Below are positions 47,733 to 59,832 of a DNA stretch of 64,000 nt, piece by piece. The translations under genes were made by a program, and so were the position numbers. The stretch's first letter is position 1. The number at the start of each line of letters is the position of its first letter. Source of the stretch: Bilabrum cf. latius (lineage: Eukaryota). The stretch covers positions 1-64,000 of the forward strand of contig OZ237756.1 of the NCBI GenBank assembly GCA_965178125.1, given 5' to 3'. A model generated the notes under the pieces. It saw only the letters and a list, made by a program, of their open reading frames with translations, did not search any database and was not told the origin of the DNA.

Positions 47733-50700
47733 ATGTCCAGCTTCCGATCGCATATCACTGGAATCACTGCAGGCTATGGTGACGTGAGTTGAGCCTGGAA
47801 ACTCTCGGCTCAGGATACGGCTCCTGACCCTTTTTGTTTTGGCACGACGTATCCACTTTTTTCTCAGCGCTAGACAATGGCGCAGGTCAATGCTGTTTGC
47901 TCTACCAATTCATTATTATGTTGTGCATATTCCGACGGTCTGGTCGGTGCGTTCTTGAGACGGTCTGGGGATCAGCTGCTGAGTTTTAGGCCATTCGCAA
48001 CCGCACCTCTTGAATGGGAGGCGGCAGCCGCGACGACGGTGTCTGATAGAGATCATGTGTATTCAATGCAAGGAGCATTTTGGACAAAGGGTGCATGGTC
48101 ATCCCATCGGTCTGCGGCACTCTGCCAGCCGCATCCAGCTGCCTCGGTCGCCTGCCTCGCGGTGGATCCGACCGGGAGTCTCGTTGCTTCGTGCTGCTCG
48201 GACGGCAGAGTTGCGATACACCGCCTAGAGACCAGAAAACGACGTGCAAGCACTACCCCCGCCCCTTCGATCCCTTCTGAGGCGAGGGCGGTGCTGGTGG
48301 CTGCCCACTGGCTGCACAGGGGCGAGCAGCCTGCCCTCCCACCTGCCCACGAGGAGCACGACTCGGAGCACGAGCAGGACGGGCGCAGCGCACCGCCACC
48401 CCTTCCCTCATCGGCCATGTCACCCCAAGTCAGACACGGCCACCGGGTTCATGCTTGCTGCTGGGCCCCGGATGGAAGCGCGCTGTACACGGTGGGCGCC
48501 AGGGGATGTGTGGCCCAGTTGAGGGTGCGGGCTCAAGGGGGTATGCCGGAGCGGCCGCTGCCAAGTGCTTCCGTGCTGGTCCCAGCCGGCCAAGGGGATA
48601 CCACGGTATGGACGCGTGGCTTGGTGCACGGCATTGCGGTGCTGCCTCCCGCCGCAGCCGCTAGTTGCAGCGAGGCTGAGGAAGCCGTGGATGCAGCTGC
48701 CGATAGTAGTGGCAGTCACGCACAGTCTGGGACATAGGCTGGCTCCGGGGGGCTGGTATTGGCTGCAGGGCTGTCACTGAGCACGCAGTTGGTGCAGGCA
48801 GAGCTGGATCGCAGGCGGGGTGCTGTGTTGGAAGGGCGGAAGAGAGGCGGAAAAGAGCAGGACGAGGAGGGGGTGGCGGCTGCAGGCACACCATTACCGT
48901 TATTGAAGAGTGCAGCAGACGCTTTCGCAGACTCTCCCACGCCAGCTGCCGAGGCAGACAGGCGCGCTCTGTTGCTTCGGTCTCTGCCGCGGGATCGACT
49001 GGAGGGGTTGCTTGCGAGACTAGGGGGTTAGTTGGGTGTGACGGGCATGGGAAAAGACGTGCAGCCTCCGCCACGACTGTTTATTCACAGATCGGACGGC
49101 ATCGGCATGAGGGTGGACCCCGGTCTGGTGCACCCCTCTCGGTGCGCGGCTACTAGACCGGGACAGGGACGCGGGGGACTCGCCCCGAGGTGGATGCCGC
49201 CACCGGTGGATGCCTGTGTGGCGGGGATGGTGCGGGGGCCAGCAAGGGACGGGCCAGGGCACGGTTCGCTCTCTGTGCTGCGGCCCCACCCTGCAGTGGC
49301 GGTGCACCGGCTGCCTGGTGCTGGTGGGAGCGGGCGGAGGCATGTGCATGGGCATGGGCATGGGCATTGGGTAGCGAGCGTGGCCAGTCCAGAGGTTTGG
49401 GTCGCAGCGGCCTGTCAAGCGGCCAGGGAGGCAATCAACCGACCGATGACAGGTGAACTAAAACCCAAAGCGCGCACATCGGCAGGACCAGTGGCAGATC
49501 CGATGGAGGCCGCTGCTGCTTCATTGACCGACTGGTTTGCGGTATGGCGGCCCGTGGGACACATTGCTGGGAGGACCCCGCTGGTAGTGGGCGGAGAGAG
49601 GGGCAGCACGATCAAGGTGCCGCCAGGGGTGGAACTGTCTCACGTACTGCCGTCCGTGCAGCCAACTGTGCAGGGCAGGCGATTCGCAGTCCCACGGCAG
49701 CCAAGCTGGCGTGTTGCTACCCTCGAGGCACCCAGCCTGTGGACTTCTGTCGACCGCGCCAGTGACCATGAGCATGACTGTGCTGCTGGACCAGCACATG
49801 GACCAGCACCCAGTGGCTTAGTGCCCGCGGTGTCACCTGCTAGTATGCCAGTTTTGTGCTGTGCTCTCAATGCCTCCGATCTTGCGGGGAGCACGGACAG
49901 CATGCAGGCCCTTCTCGGGGCTCCGGGCGGCGCTGCATTGTCGTTGGGTGCGCATGCTGGCCACACGGTTGTTGCCGATGTGACTGGGGGCTTGTCTGTA
50001 TCCACTCTCTCGATTGCTAGTGATGCAGCAGCGGCAGCAGCGAATGGATTGAGCGACTCAACCGACCCCGCTTGGCCCGTCCTTGCCTCCGGACCTGACC
50101 TGCTTGCGGCATGTGCTGTGGACAAGGGCATCACAGTCCCAGGGGATCGAGCCCCGCTGGGGGCCGCGGTCGCTCTGCAGCAGTTTAGGTCTTCGCGCGC
50201 TCTTGTGGGCATCCTGCCCGTGCCCAGTGTTCCAGAGGAGGTGTTGCTGCTAGTGCGCGGGACCAGTATGCTGGGTAAAGGCGCATTGCGCGGGCATGCG
50301 AGTGGTGGGGAGCACCAGCGAGGGGCCTGGGCCGCTGTGTCTCTTCGGGTGCATTCGATACAGGGGCTCGCCCGCCGGCTGGAGGTGGAGGCATTTTCGA
50401 TGCACTCGTCCACAGTGAAGGGGATCATGAAGGAACAAGGCGGGGGCAGCGGGGCGGAGGCCGGGTCTGTCGTTCGTCGTGCTGCGCTCGAGGCAGCGGC
50501 AGGGAAGGCGTGGGCTGCTCTGGAGGCGGTCGGGGCAATGAGTGACGACGGGAATCCGATTGTTGGGGCGGGCGGTCTGGAGCTGCTGCGGGCAGCAGGG
50601 CGAGCTCTGGCTCGGGCCATGCTTGTGGCAGGTGTGCTAGAGGTGGAGGACACACGGTGTGCTGGCGAGGCCGGCGCGAGGCATCCTCTGGCTGTCCTGC

Positions 50701-52382
50701 TGCGTGGACCGACAGCGATGCAGCATAAAGGAGCCAAGGGGAGGAGCTCGAGTGCTTCTATGGGCCTGGGTATTCCTGCCATGCTTCGGAGGGCAAGCAG
50801 CGGGAGGGAGGATGCGGACGGAGGTGCTGAGGCTGGTGCTGGGGCTGGTGCTGGGGCTGGTGCTGGGGCATCCGCGAGTACAATCAGGTCAAGTGGTGGG
50901 CCAATGGAGGGCGGTGGGGGCTGCAGCTGGCTCACTGTGCCGTCCATCAGTCTAAGCGCGGCCCACGAGAAGGCCAGCAGTTCGAGCTCACCAGCAGGAG
51001 GTGATCAAACAGTTCATTAGCCTGGCCATGACTTCGAACCCGCTGGTCGAGATGCCCCCGATGTCGTGCAGTTTACCATCGAGCAGGTGCGATCCGCTGC
51101 CATGGAGTTAGGCCCTGCGCTAGGGGTGCTGGCCGGTGGGGCACACGCAGGGGACGAGTCTTCTGACGATGAGGTGATGAGGCTGCTGGGGGCATGTCGC
51201 CTGCCGGATGGGAAGGTAGGCCTGCTTCACGGTCCAGGAAACAATAGGAGAGTGCTATCCTGGAGTGACGGAGCGGGGGCTGTCCTGGATCTGGACCATG
51301 CCGGCGGAGCAGATGGCCATGGACGCTGGCTGGGAGCCGGCTGGGTGGACGAGGTGCAGCAGGCCCGCAGCGTGCTTGCTGGTGCAGGGGTGGGCGCGGG
51401 CAAGGGCACGCGGGGCGGAGGTGCTGTGCTGACCGCACTAATGGATGCATCTCGGCTGCTGGCCCTCCGCTTCCAGCGAGTGGGGCAATCCGCTGCTCCT
51501 GTCGGTGATCCTGCCGGTGCTGCGCCTGGAGGGTAGCGGGCCGAGGCCGACAGCCCCGAGGCGATCGCAGCAGCGTGCAAGCGCACGGCCCTGTAGGGCG
51601 CCAGTCCCGCTGCAGTGATTGCCGTGCGGCGCGCAATTCACGACGCTGACGAGCCCGCGGGTGCAGCGAGGAGCGTGATCGATGCACTGCGGTCAGGCGG
51701 CCTCGGGGCCGAGCTGCCGGTTCCACTGGGAGGAGGCAGCGAGGATGTGAGTAGGGGAGGCGGGGTGAGCGTGCAGCAAGCGCTCAAAGACGCGGAGAGA
51801 GATGTGACTTGTGTATCTGGGGCTGTGTTCAAGGGGGCTGGGTGCGGCGTACCGCTGCTGAGGGCGGTGGAGGACGCGCTGACAGGGGCCTTAACAGCAC
51901 GCGGAGGAGGATAGGGCGAGTGGGCGGGCTCAGCTGATGCCGCGCGTAGCATCGTATGCGCCGCGAGCCGCACTTCTATGGGCGCAGACGCCTTCTTTGC
52001 CGCAAGAGCGCTGCTGGGAGGCGGAGTGCACCTGACACCCAGGACTTCCAGCGACAATGACGGTGCATCAGGGGATGGTATGCCAACAGCTCCTGTGGAT
52101 ATCCGCGTGGAGTGGTCCACTGCCGCGAGAGAAGAGTTAGGCCCAGGTGCTGTGCGAGTTTCCATGCAGGCGGACACCGGATTCGACGTGTTCACACGCA
52201 AGCAGATGCAAGTCGCCATGGAGGGCGAAGAGGGGCTGGAGCAGCTCCAGCCTCGGTTGAGAATGCGCGTATGGGTACGGGAGGAAAGGGACTTGCAAGT
52301 GCTGGGCAGGGGTGGGGGCGAGGGCGAGGGGTCGGTACCCTCCCGCAGAGTTCGAACCCTTCGTTTTTAGATCGCGGAGTGA
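47733..52382 (+). CDS. Large protein with N-terminal WD40-like repeats (~1520 aa; probable intron 47784-47867)
   Basis: WD-like segments VACLAVDPTGSLVASCCSDGRVAIH and VHACCWAPDGSALYTVG. Six same-frame ORFs joined by TAGs (8 in total); TGA 52380-52382. Confidence 0.7.
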
Positions 52383-52461
52383 GAAGTTTGGGCTTAAACT
52401 TATTTTCTTGAAATTCCGTAACTCGTGTCCGGGAAAGGTGATGAAAGGCGCGCAGTCTCGA

Positions 52462-54010
52462 TCAACTTCCGGACAACCACATCTGCAACCCAGCTTGCTC
52501 CACGTCTGGCCCCACCCCGTGTCCAAGCTAGCTGCCATCCCCTTGCCCATGCACTAGCTCGATGCTGTCTGCCAGCACCGCCCCACGCACTCTGCTGACC
52601 AGCTCGCGGACGACTCCCTTGGCATCTCCTTGGCCGAGGCCAGCATGGTCCCATACCTTTGTGACGTCTGTTGGCTTCGCCTAAATACTCGCAGATAAGC
52701 TTGCCGACAAATGCCGCCCCCCACCACTCTCGAGCCCTGCAGCCACAGCGCTCCCCGCCCACTGGCTCGGCATAGCGATGGCATCGATCGGCATCAGCAG
52801 GCGAGATGTGCTAGAGATGCAGGCCGCATCCCATTTGTCCAAGTCCCCTGCCAGCGGTGCCTCCCTTCTTACAGACAGGCCCATCGCCTCGGCCTCCTGC
52901 ACCGCAACTCGCAGCACGGTCCCCTCCAGCACGCCTTCCTTCGCCGTCCACAGAACGCCACCCTAGAGCACCAAGAAATTCGTCTGCGTCCCTTCCAGCA
53001 CACGCACCCCGGAACTCTCTCCCTTCTGGCCCTCCTTTTCCCCACTGCCACTGGCCCCGGCACTGGCACTGGCTCCACCCGAAGCCAGCAGAACCTCCTC
53101 GACGGTGCTGGGCTTGGCCTCCTCCAGCCCGGCCCTCTGCCGCACCCACTCGCTGTCTTTGGCCTCTGCGTTGGACCGGGGGGCACCGCGCACGTGTGCC
53201 ACCACATCGCGCGCCCTGGCAGATGGCAGTGGTCCAATATGGGTGTATAGTTTCAGCGGCGCACCCTGCAGCGAGGGCACATCAGGAGGCAGCTAGCGTC
53301 TCCCGCTTCCATCCCAGGCCAGCAGCAACGTGATCTTAGCTTCTCCGCGATTTAAGTCGGCACCTATGTTATGTGAACCCTCTGTCTCTGCTGTGATGCC
53401 TTGCTACGGTCGCTACTCGGAGCGGTGCAGTGCTTGATACGCCAATAGCCCGCGGCGAATGTCTCGAGCTATGTACGGCCGCAATAGCGCCGCATCCGTA
53501 ATCGTGCGAAGCACATCGGGAGATACCATAGCGCTGTTGTCTTTATTGATCATGAGTTTCGAAGACTTGGCTGCGATGTGCAGAGCGGACAATACGCCTA
53601 GTAGTTGCAGTTCATGACTTGCTGCACCTGCTTTTTTGGGTACGCACCACACTACGTTGGCCTCACCAAGTCTCTCAACGTGCGTGTCGAATCCAAAGAC
53701 CTTTGTGGAATCCACCGTCCTGGCGGTTGTATATGAGCCTGCACGTGCAATCTGGTTGCGCTTCTTGGCAGATTTCAAGCAACTAGTACAACTGCAAGTG
53801 TAGATATGCAACAGCTGCAGGCGACTAGCGGCTTATCTTACCACGGGGTCCCATACGCAAGAGATCTTTAGCAGACATGTTCGTTTGACAAGCTCTCCCG
53901 TTTGCAACGAGTATCTACTGGGCCGCAGGCGTACACTTCAACGCATAGGTGGTCGAAAACGAGGCCAATCCAATCGAATAAAGAGCCCCAGGGACAACTA
54001 AACGATGCAT
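52462..54010 (-). CDS. Class IV aminotransferase-like protein (D-amino acid aminotransferase/ADC lyase fold); at least 2 introns near the 5' end, start uncertain
   Basis: Motifs PR/GSYTTARTV..VFGFDTHVERL, RSNAEAKDSEWVRQR, LEGTQTNF, VLEGTV and ISSTSRLLMPI. At least 5 TAGs; TGA 52462. Confidence 0.75.
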
Positions 54011-54579
54011 GGCAGAGATATGGGCCCTATACGCAGACTTATGTCCGAAACGAAACATGAAGATCTGGAACTATCACAAAATCTGACCCATACTGTTATT
54101 GACGTGGATTCCACGGGCATGACGAGTGCAATGTAGCGTGTACCTAATTGTACCGAACCGACATTGGTTGCGATTGCCACGCCCATTTCTCGAATATAGG
54201 CCGCCGAATCACGGTAGTTAGCACGTCAAAGCTTATAATCTATTGACTAAGCTGCGATTGGACTCTTTTGATAACATACATTCAGCGTTTGCTTTGGCCT
54301 TCGAGGTAGGTCAAGCAAAGCAGCGCCGACTCGGTTGATTAGTGCATCGGACACACAGGAGAAAGCAGTGGGGGCACAGAGCTATCGACTCAAGTTCTAC
54401 CGTTCAGCTGTTGTACATCCAGCACCATGTCTTAGTTTCGACCCGGGCCGAGCGGACCAGTTGGCGGGCCGACCCCAAGCATTGGCATGACTTCAGCGTC
54501 GCCAATTCACCAAATGATCAGCGCGTACGGGTCAGCCGGTGACGGGGCCCCGTCATTGGCTCGATAGTTTATATTGTAG

Positions 54580-57500
54580 CACTAGCGAAAATCTGAGCGT
54601 GACCTCTAGAAGCGCCGCGAGATGGCCAAGCAGCGCCGCGAGATGCCCATCTGGAAGCGCGACCAGTAGCGCGAGGCCAAGAAGCGGCAGGCGCTGAAGC
54701 GCATGCAAGCGGAAAGAGCTGCCGAAGAAATCAAAAAGTGCACCTTCAGGCCGCAGCTGTCGGGGCACTCGCTGCGGCTTGCTGCCAAATCCCGGAGCCG
54801 CACTGGCCCGGGGGGCCGGCAGGACCAGGACCCTGCTGCGGCCCTCGATGACAGCGTCACCAGCCTGGACTAGGTGACCACGAGCGTGGGGGGATTTACG
54901 AGCCACGCGGGCGGGAGCGGCAGGCGTGGAGCCTCCCGCGTGCCGTCCGCTGCCCTGACTGCCACTGCCTCGAGCGCCAGCAAGCGCAAGGCGAGCATCC
55001 CGGGGCAGCAGTACCAACCCCCACCGCTGGGGGAGCAGGGGACGGTCGGGCAGGGGTCGCCCTTGGCCCCTGGACCCCGGGGCGGAGGCGGGGGTTCCAT
55101 CCCTGGGGCGTATGCGAATCAGCACAAGACAGGCGGGGGCCCGGTCGGGCAGAGGCGGGGCTGCTGCAGTGGCCGGAAGGGGCCTCGCGAGGGGGCGGGG
55201 AGGGGGAGGGGCAGGGGTCGGTCCGGAGGATCCACCCCCACCGCGGGGTCATCACGAAGTGGGTCCCCTTCGCAGGGGCGATCGGGGCATCCGGTGCACG
55301 GCATTGCAGTTGGATCTCCCACAGACAGCGGCCTGGTGCAGCTGAAGCGGCCGCCGTCTGTTGGTGGGGGGAGGCGACGCAATGGGAAGGATGGCCCCGC
55401 GATGGTGGGGGGAGCTGGCACCCCCGGCTTCGAGATGAACTGGCTGCAGATGAATGACCCAGAGGTGGCCAAGGCCATGCAGGTGCGTCGCTCCCTGCAG
55501 CAGGGCAAGCACCAGCAGCCGAACGTTCCCCAGGGCACACAAGGCAGCCGCACCATCGCCGCACCGTCGCCTCGCGGGGAGCAGCCTCCTCCTCCCCAGG
55601 GGCCGCCGCCCCCCGGGGCTCGACGGATAGCAACCGATGGAGGGAATGAGCAGCCGCAGCCGCAGACACATGGGCAGCCGCAGACACAGGAGCAGCCACC
55701 AGCCTAGGCAGCCGCTGCCCCAGCGCCAGAACCAGCGCCAGCTCCGGCACCAGCTGCCACCGAACAGCCCGCAACTCAGCCAATCCCCGGTGCGGCCAGC
55801 AGCTCACCGGAGCTCCCAGCAGAGCCCACTGCAGCGTCCAAGTAGGCGCATCTTCCTGTCCAGCCAGCGGGACAGCCGGCCCCGGTGCGGCCCCCTTCGA
55901 CTAGCCACTCCCCGCCCGAGTCCCCGACCCCCCCGGGAGCGCAGCCTAGCGGCAGGAGGAGGAGGAGGAGCAGTGGCAGCAGCGGGGGCGGCAGCCGCGC
56001 GAGCTCACCCCGAGCTAACTCCTCCTCTCCTCTGTCTGCGAGCAAGGGCAGGGACAGGGTGAGGGACAGAGTCAGGGAGCGGGACCGGGCCCAGCGGCTG
56101 AGCCAGCGGGCCGCTGAGCTGGAGGCGGAGGTGCTGGCGCGGCAGGCGAGCCACGAGCAGGACAAGAAGCAGGCCGTGAGTGATGCTCGGCGGGCCAAAC
56201 AGTAGGCAGAGGCCAAGGCGCAGGCCTTCGAGCGGTCCATCCAGCAGCAGGTGGAGCAGGGCAGGAGGGAGGCCAAGGCGCAGGTGCAGGACATGAGGCA
56301 GCGCATGGCCGAGCAGGTGGCCGAGGGCAAGGCCGACCGGGCCGTGACCCAGGAGCAGCTCAGGGGCACCGAGCGGCAGCTGGCCCAGGAGCTCGAGGCG
56401 AAGAGGAAGCAGCTGCAGGAGGAGGCGGCGGGCATGAGGGCAGAGGCCGATGAGGCCCTGGCATCGGCCCACCGCGCCATCAGGGAGAAGGAGGCGCGGT
56501 GGCAGCTGGAGCGGCAGGAGATGATGCTGCGGGCCGAGATGGAGGAGGCCGGCGCCAGGCAGGCGGCCGAGGTGCAGGACGAGAGGACGCGCCTGGAGAA
56601 GGAGCTGCGGGAGGGGGGTAAGGAGGAGGGTGAGTTGCAGCGGGTCGTGCAGGCGGCGCTGGAGGGGCTGCAGGCCAAGCACAGGGAGGAGGCAGGTGCG
56701 CTCAAGCAGGAGCATGAAGCGGCGGTGCGGGCGCTGAAGGAGGCACAGCGAGGGGCAGGAGCTGGATCGGGCGGGGCGGGAGCGGGGGTGCCGGACGGGG
56801 CGGGGGGCAGGGCGGTCGCGGCGGCAGCTCTGCAGTCTGCGGCCGCTCGCGCAGTCGGCGTGTTCCGCTAGGAGAGGATGCGGGCCAGGGAACAAGAGCT
56901 GGCAGCGCAGGCAAGCGCCGCGGAGGATGAGGTGAAGGCAGAGCAGGCGCGGCACGAAGAGGAGAGGTCGGCGCTGGAGGCCCGGCTGCAGGAGCAGGTC
57001 AAGGAGGGGCGCATGCATGCGGAGGCCATGCAGGAGAAGCTCCAGGAGCTGGCGCGAGAGCAGGCCTAGCAGCTGGCGGACGCGAGGCGGCTGGGCGAGG
57101 AGAGACTGGCGCTGATGCGCGAGGAGCTGCAGAGGGAGCGGGAGGAGGCTGCCGCCAAGGAGGGCCAGCTGAACGAGGCCCTGGAGGAGGCGGCCAAGGG
57201 TCACCAGCGGGCGGCGGTGGCGAGCCGGTGGCACCGCGCCATGACCAAGAGCAACACTGCCACGCTGAGGGACCGGCTGCGGGCGGCGGAGCAGGCCCTT
57301 GCGGCGAGTCAGGAGGCGCAGGGGTCTCTGCAGCGGGCCCTTGAGGAGGAGAGGCAGCGGGTGGTGGAGGCCACGGGGGCGGCTGCAAGGGACCTGGAGC
57401 GGGAGCAGGCGGCGGCACGGGACCGCCTCGAGACGGCGGAGCGGAGGCACGCGGACGCGCTTGCGAGGCAGGCTGCAGAGCACCGTGCCGAGCTGTCGAG

Positions 57501-58650
57501 GGCAGCTGAGGAGGCGGAGCGGCGGCAGCTGGGGCAGTACAAGGAGCTTGTAGACAAGCACCTGACTCTGCAGGAGCAGCTGACGGAATCCAGGGTGGGC
57601 AAGGAGATGGCCGAGCAGGCGCTGGGGCGGGCGAGGGACCGAGTGGGCGAGCTGGAGGCCCGGCTGGGGGAGGAGAGCAAGGAGGTGCAGGAGCTGAGGA
57701 ACAGGGGGGACGTGAGCGCGGAGGAGTACGCGCGGGTGCTGGATGACTTCGCGGGGCAGATCCAGGGCCTGCGGGAGAGCCTGGCCAAGGCGGTTTCGGA
57801 GCGGGGCGACCTCTACAGGCGGTTCGTGGATGAGCGGGCGGCTCGGCTCGCGGCGGAGCGGCAGCGGGACGGGTTGCTGGAGGAGAGGAGGGGCTGGAAG
57901 GCCCGCATGTCGGGGCAGGCGCGGCAGCTGTCTCGGCTGCTGGACGACCTCAGAGGCAACAAGGACCGGTTGGTGCAGTCGATGAACGACGTGTTGGCGG
58001 AGCGTCAGGAGGTGCAGGGTGAGAGAGAGGCGCTGGCTCGCAGGGAGGCTGCACTGGTGGGCTTCCTGCAGAGGTACCCAGAGGCATCTGCGGATGTTCT
58101 GGATGCGTACGGGGCGGCTGGGGTGGGCGGTTTCTCGGGAGGTGGCTCTCCTACCGTGGGCATGGGCTTGGACATGGGAGTGGCATCGCTGGAGGAGCAG
58201 CAGGCGAGGCAGGCCGCGTTCGAGTTGGAAGGTCAGCACGAACATGGCTACCCGCAGCAATACCAGCAGCATCAGGGCGACGATGGGGAGCAGGATCAGC
58301 AGCACGGCCGGGGGTGGACGCAGCAGCACGCGGCAACTACCGCAGAGGGTGGTACGTTGTCGGCCCGTGAAGAGAAAACTGCCGAAGCGAGCGAATAGGC
58401 GGACATGCGTGCATCTGCTAGCGACAAGGCAAGTCCTGGTGCTGCCTTTGCAGCTCTCCGGGCAGTCGCTTCAACGGACTTGCCGGAGCCTGCTGGGCGT
58501 GGTCACAATGGCGCGCACGGCTGGATGCAATCCGGTGCGAGGGCAGCACTGGAGGCCGGATCAGCAGTTGATGTATCAGCGATCGCTGCCCGGCAGCGTG
58601 CTGAGCTAACCGCAGAAAGGAACGAGGCGCATGCCAAGGCAGGCACCTGA
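54580..58650 (+). CDS. Large coiled-coil protein (main exon; additional 5' exons probably from ~54041)
   Basis: One frame from the acceptor at 54579 to TGA 58650 with 10 TAGs. CTFRP motif, a G/P-rich linker, then a long E/Q/R/A heptad region. Confidence 0.75.
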
Positions 58651-58885
58651 TCGCTCCATCCAGTACTGTTGTTGCACTGTCTTGTGTTGTGACCTTAGCT
58701 GGGATTATATGTCCTGGTAAAATATTTGAATCGATTAATTGGGACAAAAGCGTACGCCATAGCGGAAAAGGGCTTTGTCTGCCTTGTCTTGAATATCTGA
58801 ATTATATTGAATGTACCGTGTAGATTAATCCGATCCGGCCCACCACCAAGTGCAATGTCCATCGTTGTATTGGGTTGTCACCGCC

Positions 58886-59574
58886 ATGACGAAGGTTACC
58901 CCTATCGTTCGCCACAAGAAGGTGCTGAAGCACAAGAAGAAGTTCAAGCGCTACCAGTCGGACAACTTCATGCGTGTCGGCGTGAGTTCTCGTGGTTGTC
59001 TTGCGCACAGGTGCTATTGTGGTCGATACCTAGCCCTGTTCAGTTGACTTTGCTCGCATTTGGTGCATAAGAGTATGATGTTGTATTGATTGAATCAACT
59101 GATTGCCTGCGCATTGAAATGTATGAGCTGCATCAAGTCGAATGAAGCTAGGTGTCTGGTCACAACCGCTACTGCAACCCGCTACTGGAGCCGTGTGTGT
59201 TTGCCAATTACTCCATGCATTGGACTGTATTCTGAATGCCAACAATATATACGCAGGAGAGCTGGAGGGCGCCCCGTGGTATTGACGGCCGCTTCCGCCG
59301 CCGCTTCAAGGGTACCCCAATGGTGCCCAAGATTGGCTACGGTACCGCCAAGGAGCACAAGCACTTGCTGCCCAGCGGCTTCAAGAAGTTCCGCGTGTAC
59401 AACCCTGAGGACGTGGACGTGCTCCTGATGAGCAACCGGGAGTACGCCGCCGAGATCGGCGCTGGTGTTGGTATCAAGAAGCGCGCTGCCATCATCCAGC
59501 GCTGCGTTGAGCTGAACGTGAAGGTGACCAACGCCCGCGGCAAGCTTGCGTCTCGCTTCGAGGACTACGAGTAA
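58886..59574 (+). CDS. RPL32: 60S ribosomal protein L32 (intron 58982-59256)
   Basis: KKFKRYQSD..RV / ESWRAPRGIDGRFRRRFKG..PKIGYG..HLLPSGFKKF. Ends with TAA at the expected length; no TAG. Confidence 0.97.
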
Positions 59575-59832
59575 ATGCAGTCTCTGGTCCACGATGGTAT
59601 TGGCTGATCGGGTTGTGGTCGGCCGCTGGGAATGGTAAGGTCAGGAGGTAGCCTGGAGTCGTGTACGTAGTATATGGCTGCAATCGAAATATTATTTCCT
59701 GGACCACACATAGGATCCTAATGTATACATACGCTCAATGGGAGAGGCCGATCAGGCAGTACGCAGCATGGCTTGTGCTCGGCAACATGCTGCAACTGCA
59801 GCAGAGTCTAGCTCTGCTGGATGAGAGTTTCC

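Noticed and set aside
23986-58329. Long antisense or alternate-frame ORFs (e.g. 23986..26340 +, 35713..37386 +, 56005..58329 -)
   Set aside because: They are shadows of GC-rich or repetitive real genes on the opposite strand, with S/A- or L/P-rich composition and no motifs.
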